Shown here: positions 1 through 10,607 of the stretch, one piece after another | How positions within the stretch are numbered: the stretch's first letter is position 1 | Layout: each line of letters starts with the position of its first letter | From: Thermoplasmata archaeon | GTDB lineage: Archaea; Thermoplasmatota; Thermoplasmata; Lutacidiplasmatales; UBA184 | Assembly: GCA_035532555.1 (NCBI GenBank) | Contig: DATKQS010000006.1 | Span: 9,380-73,379, forward strand | Direction: 5' to 3' | DNA: 64,000 nucleotides | The notes under the pieces: model-generated | Database searches by the model: none | Told to the model about the DNA's origin: nothing | What the model saw: the letters and a program-made list of their open reading frames with translations, nothing else | Made by a program: the position numbers and the translations under genes

Positions 1-1581
1 AAATCGATCTCGGAGATCGTCGGAATGACCGTCGGGGAGCTCGTCCCCATGTTCCGGACCTTGACGTTGACGGATCACGACGAGCAGATCGTCGGCCAGG
101 TCGTCAAGGAGGTCCGCGCGCGGCTCGGGTTCCTCCAGAACGTGGGCCTCGACTATCTCTCGCTCGACCGCGCGAGCGCTTCCCTCTCGGGCGGAGAGGC
201 CGAGCGCATCGCCCTCGCCACTCAGATCGGCTCGGGGCTCGTCGGAGTGCTGTACATCCTGGACGAGCCGTCGATCGGCCTTCACCCGCGGGACCACGCC
301 CGGCTCCTAGCGACCCTCAAGACGCTCCGTGATCTCGGCAATACCCTCCTCGTCGTCGAGCACGACGAGATGACGATGCGCGAGGCCGACTGGCTCGTCG
401 ACCTCGGACCCGGCGCCGGGGTACACGGCGGAGAGGTCCTCTACTCGGGCATCCCCTCGGGCATCGGCGACACCCCGCGGTCGGCCACGGCGGACTTCCT
501 TGCCGGTCGTCGGAGCATCGCGGTCCCCGAGAAGCGCCCGGCCCCGACGGAGCGGTGGCTCACGATCCACGGCCCCCACGAGAACAATCTCAAGGGCGAC
601 CCTATCCGCATCCCGCTCGGTCTTCTCGTCGCCTTCTCCGGGGTCTCGGGCAGCGGGAAATCGACCGCGGTACAGGAGATACTGTACAAGGCCGTCCGTC
701 GCCACCTCGGGCTCGGCCGGGAGTCGCCCGGCAAGCACGACTTCATCGAGGGGATCGATGCCATCGACCGGGTCCTTCTCATCGACCAGGCCCCGATCGG
801 CCGCACCCCACGGAGCAACCCGGCCACGTACACGGGCGTCTGGACGCCGATCCGCGAATTGTTCGCGGGTCTGCCCGACGCGAAGGCGCGCGGCTTCGCG
901 CCGGGACGTTTCAGCTTCAACGTCGCCGGCGGCCGTTGCGAGGCGTGCGAGGGCGATGGGGTCCTGCGCTACGAGATGCACTTCCTCCCCGCGGTCTACG
1001 TCGCATGCGAGGAATGCCACGGCCGACGGTTCAATTCGGAAACGCTCGAAGTGAAGTTCAAGGGAAAGTCGATCGCCGACATCCTCGAGATGACGGTCGA
1101 TGAGGCGGCGGCGTTCTTCTCGACCCACCGCCGGATCGCCGGACGCCTCGCGCTCCTCTCCGACGTGGGCCTCGGCTACGTCTCGCTTGGCCAGAGCTCG
1201 ACGACCCTCTCCGGAGGAGAGGCCCAGCGGATCAAGATCGCCTTCGAGCTCGCCAAGTCTCCCACGGGCCGGACCCTCTACCTTCTGGACGAACCCACGA
1301 CGGGCCTGCATTTCGCGGACGTCGAGCGTCTGCTCGATGTGCTCTTCCGGTTGCGCGGAGGCGGGAACACCGTGGTCGTGATCGAGCACCACCTGGACGT
1401 CCTCAAGGCCGCCGACTGGATCATTGACCTCGGACCCGAGGGCGGCAACGCCGGAGGCCATGTCGTCGCTCAAGGGACCCCCGAGGCGATCGCCGCGGTC
1501 GCGGCGTCCCACACCGGACACTTTCTCAAGCCTCTCCTCGGCCGACAGGCCGCCCCGCGGCTCTCGGTCGCGCGGGCATGA
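1..1581 (+). CDS. uvrA: Excinuclease ABC subunit A, C-terminal part (5' end outside window)
   Basis: [11 protein letters not shown] and [13 protein letters not shown] signatures, Walker [23 protein letters not shown], Zn finger CEAC...CEEC; frame open from window start. Confidence 0.97.
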   Translation, partial: KSISEIVGMTVGELVPMFRTLTLTDHDEQIVGQVVKEVRARLGFLQNVGLDYLSLDRASASLSGGEAERIALATQIGSGLVGVLYILDEPSIGLHPRDHARLLATLKTLRDLGNTLLVVEHDEMTMREADWLVDLGPGAGVHGGEVLYSGIPSGIGDTPRSATADFLAGRRSIAVPEKRPAPTERWLTIHGPHENNLKGDPIRIPLGLLVAFSGVSGSGKSTAVQEILYKAVRRHLGLGRESPGKHDFIEGIDAIDRVLLIDQAPIGRTPRSNPATYTGVWTPIRELFAGLPDAKARGFAPGRFSFNVAGGRCEACEGDGVLRYEMHFLPAVYVACEECHGRRFNSETLEVKFKGKSIADILEMTVDEAAAFFSTHRRIAGRLALLSDVGLGYVSLGQSSTTLSGGEAQRIKIAFELAKSPTGRTLYLLDEPTTGLHFADVERLLDVLFRLRGGGNTVVVIEHHLDVLKAADWIIDLGPEGGNAGGHVVAQGTPEAIAAVAASHTGHFLKPLLGRQAAPRLSVARA

Positions 1582-3278
1582 CCGTGAGCCCCGGCGACCC
1601 CCGCTCCTTCGTCCCCGCGAGCGAACTCGCGGTCGCGAGCGGAGATGGGTTCCGGCGGGGTCCGGACGCTCCGGGGGTCTACCTCTTCCGATCGGCGCGT
1701 GGAGCGGTGGTCTACGTCGGCAAGGCCCGCAGCCTGCGCCGTCGGGTGCTCGACCACCTCCGCGCCAAGATCGAGAAGGACGGCACGATCCTCGCCCAGA
1801 GCGCGAGCGTCGAGTTCGTTCCCACCTCGAGCGAGCGCGAGGCGCTCCTGCTCGAGGCGAACCTGGTCAAGCAGTACCAGCCTCCGATGAACACGCTGCT
1901 CAAGGACGACAAGAGCTTCCCGTACCTTTCGATCTCCACCCGCGAGGAGTTCCCTCGCCTATTGATCGTGCGTCGGCCGCGCCGGGACGGTCGGTCGATC
2001 CTGTTCGGACCGTACACAAGCGCCCGCGAAGCGCGCAGCGTGCAACACCTGCTTGCCGACACCTTCCGCCTCCGGCGCTGCGCCCGCCTCCCGAAGGAGG
2101 CCTGCCTGTACTACCACCTCAAGGTCTGCAGCGCCCCGTGCATCGGGGCGATCGGACCGGTCGAGTACCGGGCCACGCTCGACCGGGTCGGAGAGATCCT
2201 CCGGGGCCGGGGAGAGCCCGTGGGACCAACCATCGAAGCGGAGATGCGGACCGCCGCCGACCGCCAGGAGTTCGAGCGGGCGGCGCTCCTGCGGGACGCG
2301 CTCGCGGGCCTCGGCGCGCTCGGCGAGCGGCAGAGCGTGATCGGACCCGGGACGGGACGTGCGGATGTCCTCGCCCTCGCGTTCTCGCAAGACCCCGCCA
2401 CGCTCCGCGTCGCCGTCGGCCTCTTGCACGTCGTGGACGGCGAGGTCCGCGGCACCGAGCCGCACCTCCTTGAGATCCCGGCGGACGATCTGCCCGATCC
2501 GGGCGAGACCCTGCGCCAGTTCCTGGGGCAGTACTACGGCGGCCGCCTCGAGCTCCCGCAGCGCATCTACGTCCACGGTCCGAGGCCGGCGGGCATCGAC
2601 GCGACCGTGGACGAGTTGTTCGCGAGCCGGGGCATCGAGGTCCAGTTCCACCCCACGGGCCGGTATGCCTCCCTCGGGCGGCTCGCGGAGCGCCTCGCGC
2701 GGGCGAGCGTCGATCAGGTGGTGGCGCGCCCCGCACCGCGCGAGGTCCTCCTCGCGCTGCAGAGCCTGCTCGAACTGCCCACGATCCCGAACCGCATCGA
2801 GGGGATCGACATCTCGATCTTCCAGGGATCGAACGCGGTGGGATCGCTCGTCGTCTTCGAGCGGGGCGCGCCGAAGAAGTCGGAGTACCGGCGCTTCCGC
2901 ATCCGGTCCGTGGAAGGGACGAACGACTTTGCGATGGTCGCCGAGGTCGTGCGCCGGCGCTTCCTCCGACGCGTGGCCGAGCAGGAGATCCTGCCGGACC
3001 TCCTCCTCATCGATGGCGGGCGCGGGCAGCTCGGGAGCGCGCTCAGCTCGCTCGCCGCGCTCGGTCTCGCGGAGCAGATCCCGACGATCGGCCTCGCCAA
3101 GCGGGAGGAGGAGGTCTACGAGCCGGACCGGGCGGAGCCGCGGCGTCCCAACCCGAACTCCCCGCCGATGCTCCTATTGCGGGCGGTCCGCGATGAGGCC
3201 CACCGGTTCGCCGTGACGTACCACCGGACCCGGCGGCGGATCCGCATGCGCGAAGAGTTCGATCGCGCCGATCGGTGA
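1578..3278 (+). CDS. uvrC: Excinuclease ABC subunit C (no C-terminal HhH domain visible)
   Basis: GIY-YIG PGVYLF...[15 protein letters not shown], four-Cys cluster ending [19 protein letters not shown] UvrB-binding motif, RNase H-like IEGIDIS / LIDGGRGQ / [12 protein letters not shown] overlap with uvrA. Confidence 0.95.
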   Translation: MTVSPGDPRSFVPASELAVASGDGFRRGPDAPGVYLFRSARGAVVYVGKARSLRRRVLDHLRAKIEKDGTILAQSASVEFVPTSSEREALLLEANLVKQYQPPMNTLLKDDKSFPYLSISTREEFPRLLIVRRPRRDGRSILFGPYTSAREARSVQHLLADTFRLRRCARLPKEACLYYHLKVCSAPCIGAIGPVEYRATLDRVGEILRGRGEPVGPTIEAEMRTAADRQEFERAALLRDALAGLGALGERQSVIGPGTGRADVLALAFSQDPATLRVAVGLLHVVDGEVRGTEPHLLEIPADDLPDPGETLRQFLGQYYGGRLELPQRIYVHGPRPAGIDATVDELFASRGIEVQFHPTGRYASLGRLAERLARASVDQVVARPAPREVLLALQSLLELPTIPNRIEGIDISIFQGSNAVGSLVVFERGAPKKSEYRRFRIRSVEGTNDFAMVAEVVRRRFLRRVAEQEILPDLLLIDGGRGQLGSALSSLAALGLAEQIPTIGLAKREEEVYEPDRAEPRRPNPNSPPMLLLRAVRDEAHRFAVTYHRTRRRIRMREEFDRADR

Positions 3279-3287
3279 GCCGGGCGC

Positions 3288-3827
3288 CTACGTGCGGGGA
3301 CGCTTCGGGTTCCGGGAACCGGGCCGCAGCTCGATCCACGTCATCGTGGGCGGTTCGATGTTCCGTCGCCACATCGCCCCGATGAGCTCGCCGATGTGGT
3401 GGGCCTCTTCGAAGGAGATTTGGAGGACCGCATCGCGCACGGTGTAGCGGCCCGGCATCCAGAACGCCTTCACCCTGCGGTTGAGCTCCTGGTCCGTGAG
3501 CGTCGGCAGGCGCGCCTCGATCCCGTCCCAAACGCGCGCGGCGTAGGCGTCGAACTCCTTCCAGTCCTTCGGCTTGCGCGTGGGATCCTGCCACAGGGCG
3601 TCGATCTCTCGCTGGCGGCGGGGAACGATGTACAGGAGCCAGGACTCCTGGACGTTCAGGATGTGGGTGAGGGTCGCGATCATCGAGCCGTGACCGATCC
3701 CGAGATCCCGGTGCGTGACCTTCTTTGGAAGGCGACGGATCCGGCGGACGAATGCGTCGAACAGCGTGCGGTCGTAGTCGAGGAGGGCGCGCACTTCGAG
3801 CACCGAAGCCGATGCGCGAGAAGCCAT
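3288..3827 (-). CDS. DinB/YfiT family protein
   Basis: TLTHILNVQESW and EEAHHIGEL His motifs; TTTAAA box ~27 nt upstream. Confidence 0.8.
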   Translation of the reverse strand: MASRASASVLEVRALLDYDRTLFDAFVRRIRRLPKKVTHRDLGIGHGSMIATLTHILNVQESWLLYIVPRRQREIDALWQDPTRKPKDWKEFDAYAARVWDGIEARLPTLTDQELNRRVKAFWMPGRYTVRDAVLQISFEEAHHIGELIGAMWRRNIEPPTMTWIELRPGSRNPKRPRT

Positions 3828-3886
3828 GGGCTCCGAGCTAGCCGGTGCCGGGCTTTAAAGATGCGAGCCGCGCCCGGGGATCTCGT

Positions 3887-4645
3887 TCAGCGCCCGTTCG
3901 CCTTGCGCTCCGGCGTGCCGATGAACGGCATGCCCTGGACGCGCTTTGCGATCTCGGCCGGCGTCATCCGGCGCAGCTCCGATTCGGGCTCGAGGATCGC
4001 GACATCGAGCGCCTCGGGAGGGAACGGCGACGGCGAACCTTCAGCCACCGCCTTCACCGCGAGTTCGAACGCCCCGGCTTCGTCCCGGTGCTCCCCGATC
4101 TTCTCCTCGAGGTAGTCGGCGACCGCGCGGCGGTTGCGGCCGATCGCATAGGCCTTCCATCCGATCGTGGCGCCGCTCGGATCGAGCTCGACCAGTCCGG
4201 CCTGGCCGTTCGTGAAGCCGCCGAGCAAGAGGGAGACCGCGAACGGCCGGGTCCCGCCGAACTGCGTGAACTGCTGGAGGAGCGTGCCGAGGGAATGACC
4301 GAGCATCGCGAAGGGTGCGGACTCGGAGTAGGCGATGCGGTGGCGCTGGGCTTCGACCCGCAGGAACTCGACGAGGACGCGAGAGTCGGCGATGAGTCCG
4401 GCCGTGACACAGCCGAGCCCGGCGTCGATGGCGAAGCTCTTCTCGACCGAGCTCGCCTCGGCGAGGCTGCTGACGGGCAGGTTGCGGTACGCCACGAACA
4501 CGATGCCCGTGTCGTACGTGACCGCGACGGCGGTCCCGCCCATCTGAATCGCCTGCAGGGCGTACTCGACTTGGAACAGTCGGCCATCCGGCGAGAAGAC
4601 GGTGCTCGCGCGGTCGTACGCCATCTGGCCTGGTTGCATCTCCAT
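3887..4645 (-). CDS. psmA: 20S proteasome alpha subunit
   Basis: YDRASTVFSPDGRLFQVEYA N-terminal signature, GLIADSRVLV, TQFGGTRPF, DPSG, AIG. Confidence 0.95.
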   Translation of the reverse strand: MEMQPGQMAYDRASTVFSPDGRLFQVEYALQAIQMGGTAVAVTYDTGIVFVAYRNLPVSSLAEASSVEKSFAIDAGLGCVTAGLIADSRVLVEFLRVEAQRHRIAYSESAPFAMLGHSLGTLLQQFTQFGGTRPFAVSLLLGGFTNGQAGLVELDPSGATIGWKAYAIGRNRRAVADYLEEKIGEHRDEAGAFELAVKAVAEGSPSPFPPEALDVAILEPESELRRMTPAEIAKRVQGMPFIGTPERKANGR

Positions 4646-4826
4646 CGATCGTGCCTCTGGAATCGGGCCGCCCAGTCGAGCGGGGGATTTGAACCTGCCC
4701 CTCGGTGGGGAGGTTGGTCCATCAAGTAACCTCGCCGCCCGTAACTCGGGCGCGCCGAAGCGGTCGGAGACCCTCCGGCCCCTCGGGAAATGGTAATAAT
4801 CTCGGCCCGCGCCTTCTTCCGAGACG

Positions 4827-5960
4827 ATGGCGACCGACGAGCTGCAGCTGCTTCCGATGGCCTCGAGCTATCGAGGAGCCCTCAGCCCCGCCTGCGTGCA
4901 GTGCGCCGAAGGGCGCAAGATGGTGCTCTTCGTCACCGGGGTCTGCCGGTTCCACTGCTTCTACTGCCCGGTCTCCCCGAATCGCAATCAGATCGATGTC
5001 GCGTATGCGAACGAGCGCCGCATCACGTGCGACGCGGACGTCCTCGCGGAGGCCCGCGCGATCGGCGCCGCGGGAACCGGGATCACGGGAGGCGATCCGC
5101 TCGGAGTCGTGGATCGCGTCGAGCACTACGTCCGTCTCCTCAAATCCGAGTTCGGGAGCGGGCACAACATCCACCTGTACACGCACGAACCGAATGCGGC
5201 GAAGCTCCAGCAGCTCGCCCGCGCGGGCCTCGACGAGTTCCGCCTCCACATCCCTCACTACCTGTGGGGCCCGCTCACCGCGTCGGGAGGGGCGTACCGC
5301 TCCGTGCTGGAGGAGGCGCCCTCCTGGGGGATCCGTCGAGGCGTGGAGATCCCCGTTCTGCCCGAGAAAGAGGCCGAGCTCAAGCGACTGCTCGAGACCC
5401 TAGAGGAGATCGGGGTCGACTTCGTCAACCTCAACGAGCTCGAGTTCTCGGAGACGAACGAACGCATCCTGCGCGATCGGGGATACCGAACCGACGAGCG
5501 CAACGGCTACGGCGTCCACGGCAGCCGAACCATCGCGGAGCGGATCGTCCGGGAGAGCCGCCTATCGATACCCGTCCACTATTGTTCGTCCCGGTTCAAG
5601 GACGCGGTCCAGTTGCGCCACCGGCTCCAGCGCCGCGCCGAGATCACGGCACCGCCGTTCGCCCGACCGACCGGGGAGGGCACGATCGTCTACGGCATCG
5701 TGGAGGCGCCGGGGACCATCCATCTCGAACGCATCGGCGCTCGTTTGGAGACCGTCGCGCGCATCCGCCCCAAGGACTACCGGCTGGACTTCGGTCGCCG
5801 CCGGGTGGAGCTCAATGCGCGGGCGTTGCGCGGAGTCGCGGCCCGCTTGCCCTGGCCGGCGTTCGAGGTCGAGGAGCATCCGACCTCCGAGCGCTTGGAG
5901 GTCGAGCGGGAGCCGCTCAACCGCGCCGCGTTCCCCGGAACTCCCCTCGGCGGCACGTAG
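4827..5960 (+). CDS. Radical SAM protein (uncharacterised archaeal family)
   Basis: CRFHCFYC motif, N-terminal CVQC..G.KMVLFVTG, GITGGDP, NLNELEFSETN, HYCSSRFKD. Confidence 0.9.
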   Translation: MATDELQLLPMASSYRGALSPACVQCAEGRKMVLFVTGVCRFHCFYCPVSPNRNQIDVAYANERRITCDADVLAEARAIGAAGTGITGGDPLGVVDRVEHYVRLLKSEFGSGHNIHLYTHEPNAAKLQQLARAGLDEFRLHIPHYLWGPLTASGGAYRSVLEEAPSWGIRRGVEIPVLPEKEAELKRLLETLEEIGVDFVNLNELEFSETNERILRDRGYRTDERNGYGVHGSRTIAERIVRESRLSIPVHYCSSRFKDAVQLRHRLQRRAEITAPPFARPTGEGTIVYGIVEAPGTIHLERIGARLETVARIRPKDYRLDFGRRRVELNARALRGVAARLPWPAFEVEEHPTSERLEVEREPLNRAAFPGTPLGGT

Positions 5961-6121
5961 TGCTCGTCGCAGGCGTGCCCGCCCCACGTGAGGTAGCGGG
6001 TGTCCCCGCGGCGATGCTTGATCGAGCAGGGCCCCCAGCCCTCGTTTTCGGCCCCGTACCACATGGGGCAATCCTTGCAGTGGAGCACGGGCTCGGCCAC
6101 CGTGAGACGCGGGGGGGTCAC
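5777..6121 (-). CDS. Small Cys/His-rich putative metal-binding protein, translationally coupled to folD
   Basis: GTG overlaps the folD stop (GTGA); HCKDCPMW...WGPC...HACDEH; 3' end overlaps the convergent radical SAM gene. Confidence 0.6.
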   Translation of the reverse strand: MTPPRLTVAEPVLHCKDCPMWYGAENEGWGPCSIKHRRGDTRYLTWGGHACDEHYVPPRGVPGNAARLSGSRSTSKRSEVGCSSTSNAGQGKRAATPRNARALSSTRRRPKSSR

Positions 6122-7008
6122 CCTCGTACCTCCCCCAGCTCCGCCAGTTGCCACGCCCGAACGGTGTTGCCCATGAGCTCCGCCACCGTCACCGGACCGA
6201 CTCCCCCCGGTACCGGGGTGAGCGCTCCCGCCCAGCCTTCGAGGTCCGCGGCATCGGCGTCCCCGACCGCCCGCCCGCCGCCCGGCGCGGAAGGGTCCTC
6301 GACGCGAGAGAGGCCCACGTCGATGATGGCGGCACCCTGCGGAACGTTCGCCCGGGTCAACAACCCCGGTCGACCGGCACAACTGAAGATCACGCTCGCT
6401 CCCTTCAGGGCTTCCGCGAGCACGTCCGTCTTGGAGTGCGCGATCGTGACGGTCGCGTCGACCCCGCGCGCCAAGAGGAGCATCGAGAGCGGGACCCCCA
6501 CGGTCTCGCTGCGTCCGACCACCGCGACTCGGTGTCGGGCCATCGGAAGCCCGTAGTGTCGCGCGATGGCGATGGCCGCGCGCGCTACTGCCGGAGCGTG
6601 CAGAGGGCGCTGGGCGGCGAGGAGCCCGAGACTCAACGGGCTGACCCCGTCCACATCCTTGACCGGAGATAGGCCGCTGACCGCGCGGATGAAATCGAAC
6701 GGCGGTGGGAGAGGATGCTCGAGCAGGACGGCGTCGATCGCGCGATCGTTGGAGAGCGTTCGAACGTGATCCACGAGCTCCTCGGGGCCCTCCCCGGGCG
6801 CGAGGGCCTCCTCGCGGAAGCGGATCCCGAGAGATTCGGCCGCCTGGCGCTGCCGTTTGAGGTAGAATCGGAACGGGCTGTCCACCCCCCGGTGGACGCT
6901 CGCGAGCGTGGGGGGGCGCGTGGAGGCAGGCACGCTGCGGAGCGCTGCCCGGACCTCGGCGTCAACGGCCTCCGCGACGGGCTTTCCCTCGAGGCGCTGG
7001 GTCTGCAC
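6118..7008 (-). CDS. folD: Bifunctional methylene-THF dehydrogenase/cyclohydrolase
   Basis: KDVDG, VVGRSETVGVP, IIDVG, TPVPGGVGPVT; TTATTTA box ~30 nt upstream. Confidence 0.95.
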   Translation of the reverse strand: MQTQRLEGKPVAEAVDAEVRAALRSVPASTRPPTLASVHRGVDSPFRFYLKRQRQAAESLGIRFREEALAPGEGPEELVDHVRTLSNDRAIDAVLLEHPLPPPFDFIRAVSGLSPVKDVDGVSPLSLGLLAAQRPLHAPAVARAAIAIARHYGLPMARHRVAVVGRSETVGVPLSMLLLARGVDATVTIAHSKTDVLAEALKGASVIFSCAGRPGLLTRANVPQGAAIIDVGLSRVEDPSAPGGGRAVGDADAADLEGWAGALTPVPGGVGPVTVAELMGNTVRAWQLAELGEVRG

Positions 7009-7049
7009 AGAAGCTCTCGGCGGACCAAGTTCCGTGCGGTAAATAAGGG

Positions 7050-8470
7050 GCGGTGAGAGGTGGGCGTGCCTCGACGCCCTCCTACCGCCGAGGAGTCCAC
7101 CAAGTCAACCCTGCGTGCGGGGCTTTGGAACCGGATCGGTCACGGCCCCGCCGGACCGATCGAGTTCCTCCCGGACCGTCCGCTCATCTCGTGCGACCCG
7201 GCGTTACCCGGGCGGTAGAGGAGAATCATCGCATCATGGGCCAGGGCGTCGGGGTCAAGCGCGAGACCCCCTAGCGATGAGTTCAACGTAGGGGTTACCC
7301 ACTCCCTCAACGCGGTTCGACAGATGTTCAGCCCGGCGTTCAATTGTCGATCGCACCGCCAGCGGCATCGTCCGCAGACGAACACCCGGCCCACCCTGCT
7401 TCGGCGTTCTTTGACTTCGCCACATCTCGGGCAGGTCTTCGACGTATAGCGTGGGTTCACTTTGATGATGGGGACCCCGTGCTCCTCGGCTTTGTACTCG
7501 ATCTGGCGGTGGAGTTCCCGCTGGGGCCACGACGAGAGTCGGCGGCGCATTCTTCGACCTCGCCCGCCTCCCCTCGGTAGATGGAGGTCCTCCAAGACGA
7601 TCGCCGCCCGTCGTTTCCGAGCTTCTCCCACGAGGCCCTTACTGATCAGGTGAATGCGCTGCGAGACCCGGGCGTGTTCCCTCCGTCCCTCTCGTCCGCC
7701 GAGTCGGCGGCCGACCCTTCGGTCGTGAGCCTTCTTCCTCCCGAGCCTTCTGCGGCGAACGAAGTGTCGGTGTTGTACAAGGGAGACCTCGGGGTAGGGA
7801 ACGGTAACGGGGGTGGCCTTGTCCCGAGAGAGCGCTACCCCATCGAGGGACCGTTCGTTGGTGTCGAGGGCGAGAACCGTCTTTGGCGCGTAAGCCTCGG
7901 GCACGGAGGGCTCTAGGATCAGGATGGCCCGGTTCGGGGTGAGTCTCAGTTGCTTGACCTTACCGGATGCGAGGATCCTACGGTGATAGTCCGACATTCG
8001 GGCGTCAAACCCCGCCCACTCCCCGTTCCGGAGGGACAGGCGCACGTGACCCGTAGTGGCGTTGAGATGGAACGTAGCGCCGTCGGCATGCAAGAACGAG
8101 CGGAGGCAATAGGGTACTTTCCCCGTTACGCCCTTGCGAAGCCTACGTCGGTGACCTTTGTTCAAGGAGAGGGCCAAGTCCATGGCGGTCCGCGCATGAG
8201 CCCCGTGGATACGATATTCCCGAGCGACTCCTTCGCTGAACTTGCTGAGAGAGCCCTTCGCGGTGAGATCCTTCTCCAAGGCCTCGCGAATACCACGGTT
8301 CACCATCAGGCGAAAGTCCCCCATGAGGGATAGGATGGGGGCCGGAAGTGGGGCTGCGAGATGGCAGACGAGCGCACGACGGGTCGAGGACATAGGGAGT
8401 CGATGCGCGAGCGCGGCAGTTAAGGCCACCCAAAATCGCGAGCACATTTCACATCCGATTTCAAAGCATG
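7050..8470 (-). mobile_element. IS1341-like (tnpB-only) element with presumed omegaRNA overlapping the tnpB 3' end; boundaries approximate
   Basis: tnpB sits between folD and lonB; hairpin-rich 3' tail (CTCCT/AGGAG and GGGCGT/ACGCCC stems at ~7060-7095); exact ends not resolved. Confidence 0.65.
7140..8393 (-). CDS. tnpB: TnpB family RNA-guided endonuclease (IS200/IS605; solo, no tnpA)
   Basis: RuvC-I LALDTNERSLDG, RuvC-II IVLEDL, IEYKA, VNPRYTSKTCPRC...CGRC, RuvC-III DRQLNAGLNI; start at 8393 chosen from a TTAA box ~25 nt upstream. Confidence 0.92.
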   Translation of the reverse strand: MSSTRRALVCHLAAPLPAPILSLMGDFRLMVNRGIREALEKDLTAKGSLSKFSEGVAREYRIHGAHARTAMDLALSLNKGHRRRLRKGVTGKVPYCLRSFLHADGATFHLNATTGHVRLSLRNGEWAGFDARMSDYHRRILASGKVKQLRLTPNRAILILEPSVPEAYAPKTVLALDTNERSLDGVALSRDKATPVTVPYPEVSLVQHRHFVRRRRLGRKKAHDRRVGRRLGGREGRREHARVSQRIHLISKGLVGEARKRRAAIVLEDLHLPRGGGRGRRMRRRLSSWPQRELHRQIEYKAEEHGVPIIKVNPRYTSKTCPRCGEVKERRSRVGRVFVCGRCRWRCDRQLNAGLNICRTALREWVTPTLNSSLGGLALDPDALAHDAMILLYRPGNAGSHEMSGRSGRNSIGPAGP

Positions 8471-8471
8471 C

Positions 8472-10607
8472 GTGCGGAAAGGCGTTAATACACCTCCCCG
8501 CTTTGTTTTTACTGACGGAGCCCGTGGGGTCCACGGCAGCACCCGTCCGAGGGAACGTACGTCCACACCAGCCGAAGGCGCCATCCAGCCCGCGGCAACG
8601 CCCCCTCCGTCGGAACCACCCACACCTCCCCCACCGACGGCCCCCCCATCGGCTCCGCTGCCGACCCCTCTCGATGACTGGGGTAAGTCCTTGCCCTTCA
8701 CGACCACCGCCCAGGTCGAGGTGCCGGCTCGACTCCTCGATCAGGTCATCGGCCAGGACGATGCGGTGGAGATCGCCAAGAAGGCCGCGAACCAGAAGCG
8801 GCACATGATGCTCATCGGCGACCCCGGGACGGGCAAGAGCATGCTCGCCCGCGCCATGGTCGATTTCCTGCCGAAGGAGCAGCTGCAGGACATTCTCGCG
8901 TACCCGAACGTGGACGATCCCAACGAGCCGAAGATCCGCGTCGTGCCCGCGGGGAAGGGCAAGGAGATCGTCGCCGCTCAGAAGCTCGAGGCCGCCCAGC
9001 GGCGCGGTCAGCGCATGAACCTGATGGTGATCATCGCGCTCCTCATCGTCGGATTCACCGTTTACATCGCGCTCACGACGGGGAACCTGACGGCGATCCT
9101 GATCGGCCTGCTTCTGATCTTCATCCTCTACGCGATCTTCCGCTTCTCCGCGGGACGGTCGGAAGGCGGTGGCTCGGTCGCGAAGCTGCTCGTCTCCCAC
9201 ACGCCGGACGACAAGCCCCCGTTCATCGACGCGACGGGCGCCCACGCCGGCGCGCTTCTCGGGGACGTCAAGCACGACCCGTTCCAGTCCGGCGGTCTCG
9301 AGACCCCGCCCCATGAGCGGGTGGAGGTCGGCGCGATCCACCGTGCGAACGGCGGCGTGCTGTTCCTGGACGAGATCAACCTGCTCAAGATCGAGAGCCA
9401 GCACTCGCTGTTGACCGCGCTCCAGGAGCGCCGCTTCTCGATCGTGGGCCAGTCCGAGCGCTCGGCGGGAGCGATGGTGAAGACCGAGCCGGTGCCGGCC
9501 GACTTCATCCTGGTCGCCGCGGGGAACGTCGACAGCGTCCAGACGATGCACCCGGCGCTGCGCTCGAGGATCCGCGGCTACGGGTACGAACTCTACGTCA
9601 AGACCACGATGGCCGATATCCCCGAGAACCGCATGAAGCTCGTGCGGTTCGTGGCCCAGGAAGTGGTCAAGGACAAGAAGATCCCCCACTTCGACATGGC
9701 CGCCGTCGTCGAGGTGGTCCGGGAGGCCCAACGCCGCTCGGGACGCTCGGGCCAATTGACGCTGCGCCTGCGTGAGCTCGGGGGCCTCGTGCGCGTGGCG
9801 GGCGATGTGGCGAACGCGGAGAGCGCACCGATCGTACGGGCCGATCACGTCGTACGGGCCAAGCGCTCCAGCCGCTCGCTCGAACAGCAGATCGCCGACC
9901 GATACATCGAGCGGCGCAAGGAGTACCGCATGTTCTCCGTAGACGGCGCTGCCGTCGGTGTGGTCAACGGTCTGGCCGCGATCAGTGCCCAGACGGGGAT
10001 GTCCGAGTTCTCCGGTATCGTGCTCCCGATCGTTGCGGAGGTGACGCCGGCCCAGACCCGCGATGGAGGCGTCGTCGTGGCGACGGGCAAGCTCGGCGAC
10101 ATCGCGAAGGAAGCCGTCCAGAACGTCAGCGCCCTCATCAAGAAGTACACGGGCGCCGACATCTCGCGCTACGATATCCACATCCAGTTCGTCGGAACCT
10201 CCGACGGCGTGGAGGGCGACTCCGCCTCGGTGTCGATCGCGACGGCCGTGATCAGTGCTCTCGAAGGAGTTCCTGTGGACCAAGCCCTCGCCATGACCGG
10301 CTCGCTGAGCGTCCGTGGAACGGTGCTGCCCGTGGGCGGAGTGACCGCCAAGGTCGAGGCCGCCGCCGACTCCGGCATCAAGCGGGTCCTCGTGCCCGAG
10401 GACAACATCGACGACCTCGTTCTCGAGGCACGCTACCGCGGCATGATCGAGGTCATCCCGGTCCGGACCCTGCGCGACGTGCTGAAGTATGCCCTCGTGG
10501 GACAGACCGCTCAGAAGGAGTCGCTCTTGGAACGCCTCACCGCGATGGTCCATGCGACGAGCCGCACCCCCTCGGATGGCCCGCCCCGGCCGACGGTAAA
10601 CTCGTGA
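8472..10607 (+). CDS. lonB: Archaeal membrane-anchored ATP-dependent protease LonB (start uncertain)
   Basis: LLDQVIGQD, Walker A GDPGTGKS, two TM helices inserted, LFLDEI, HPALRSR, VEGDSAS catalytic Ser, GGVTAK catalytic Lys. Confidence 0.96.
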   Translation: MRKGVNTPPRFVFTDGARGVHGSTRPRERTSTPAEGAIQPAATPPPSEPPTPPPPTAPPSAPLPTPLDDWGKSLPFTTTAQVEVPARLLDQVIGQDDAVEIAKKAANQKRHMMLIGDPGTGKSMLARAMVDFLPKEQLQDILAYPNVDDPNEPKIRVVPAGKGKEIVAAQKLEAAQRRGQRMNLMVIIALLIVGFTVYIALTTGNLTAILIGLLLIFILYAIFRFSAGRSEGGGSVAKLLVSHTPDDKPPFIDATGAHAGALLGDVKHDPFQSGGLETPPHERVEVGAIHRANGGVLFLDEINLLKIESQHSLLTALQERRFSIVGQSERSAGAMVKTEPVPADFILVAAGNVDSVQTMHPALRSRIRGYGYELYVKTTMADIPENRMKLVRFVAQEVVKDKKIPHFDMAAVVEVVREAQRRSGRSGQLTLRLRELGGLVRVAGDVANAESAPIVRADHVVRAKRSSRSLEQQIADRYIERRKEYRMFSVDGAAVGVVNGLAAISAQTGMSEFSGIVLPIVAEVTPAQTRDGGVVVATGKLGDIAKEAVQNVSALIKKYTGADISRYDIHIQFVGTSDGVEGDSASVSIATAVISALEGVPVDQALAMTGSLSVRGTVLPVGGVTAKVEAAADSGIKRVLVPEDNIDDLVLEARYRGMIEVIPVRTLRDVLKYALVGQTAQKESLLERLTAMVHATSRTPSDGPPRPTVNS

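Noticed and set aside
7140..10553. 1137-aa minus-strand ORF suggesting a giant TnpB fusion
   Set aside because: The N-terminal ~720 aa are the antisense shadow of lonB plus intergenic DNA; only 7140-8393 is TnpB-like
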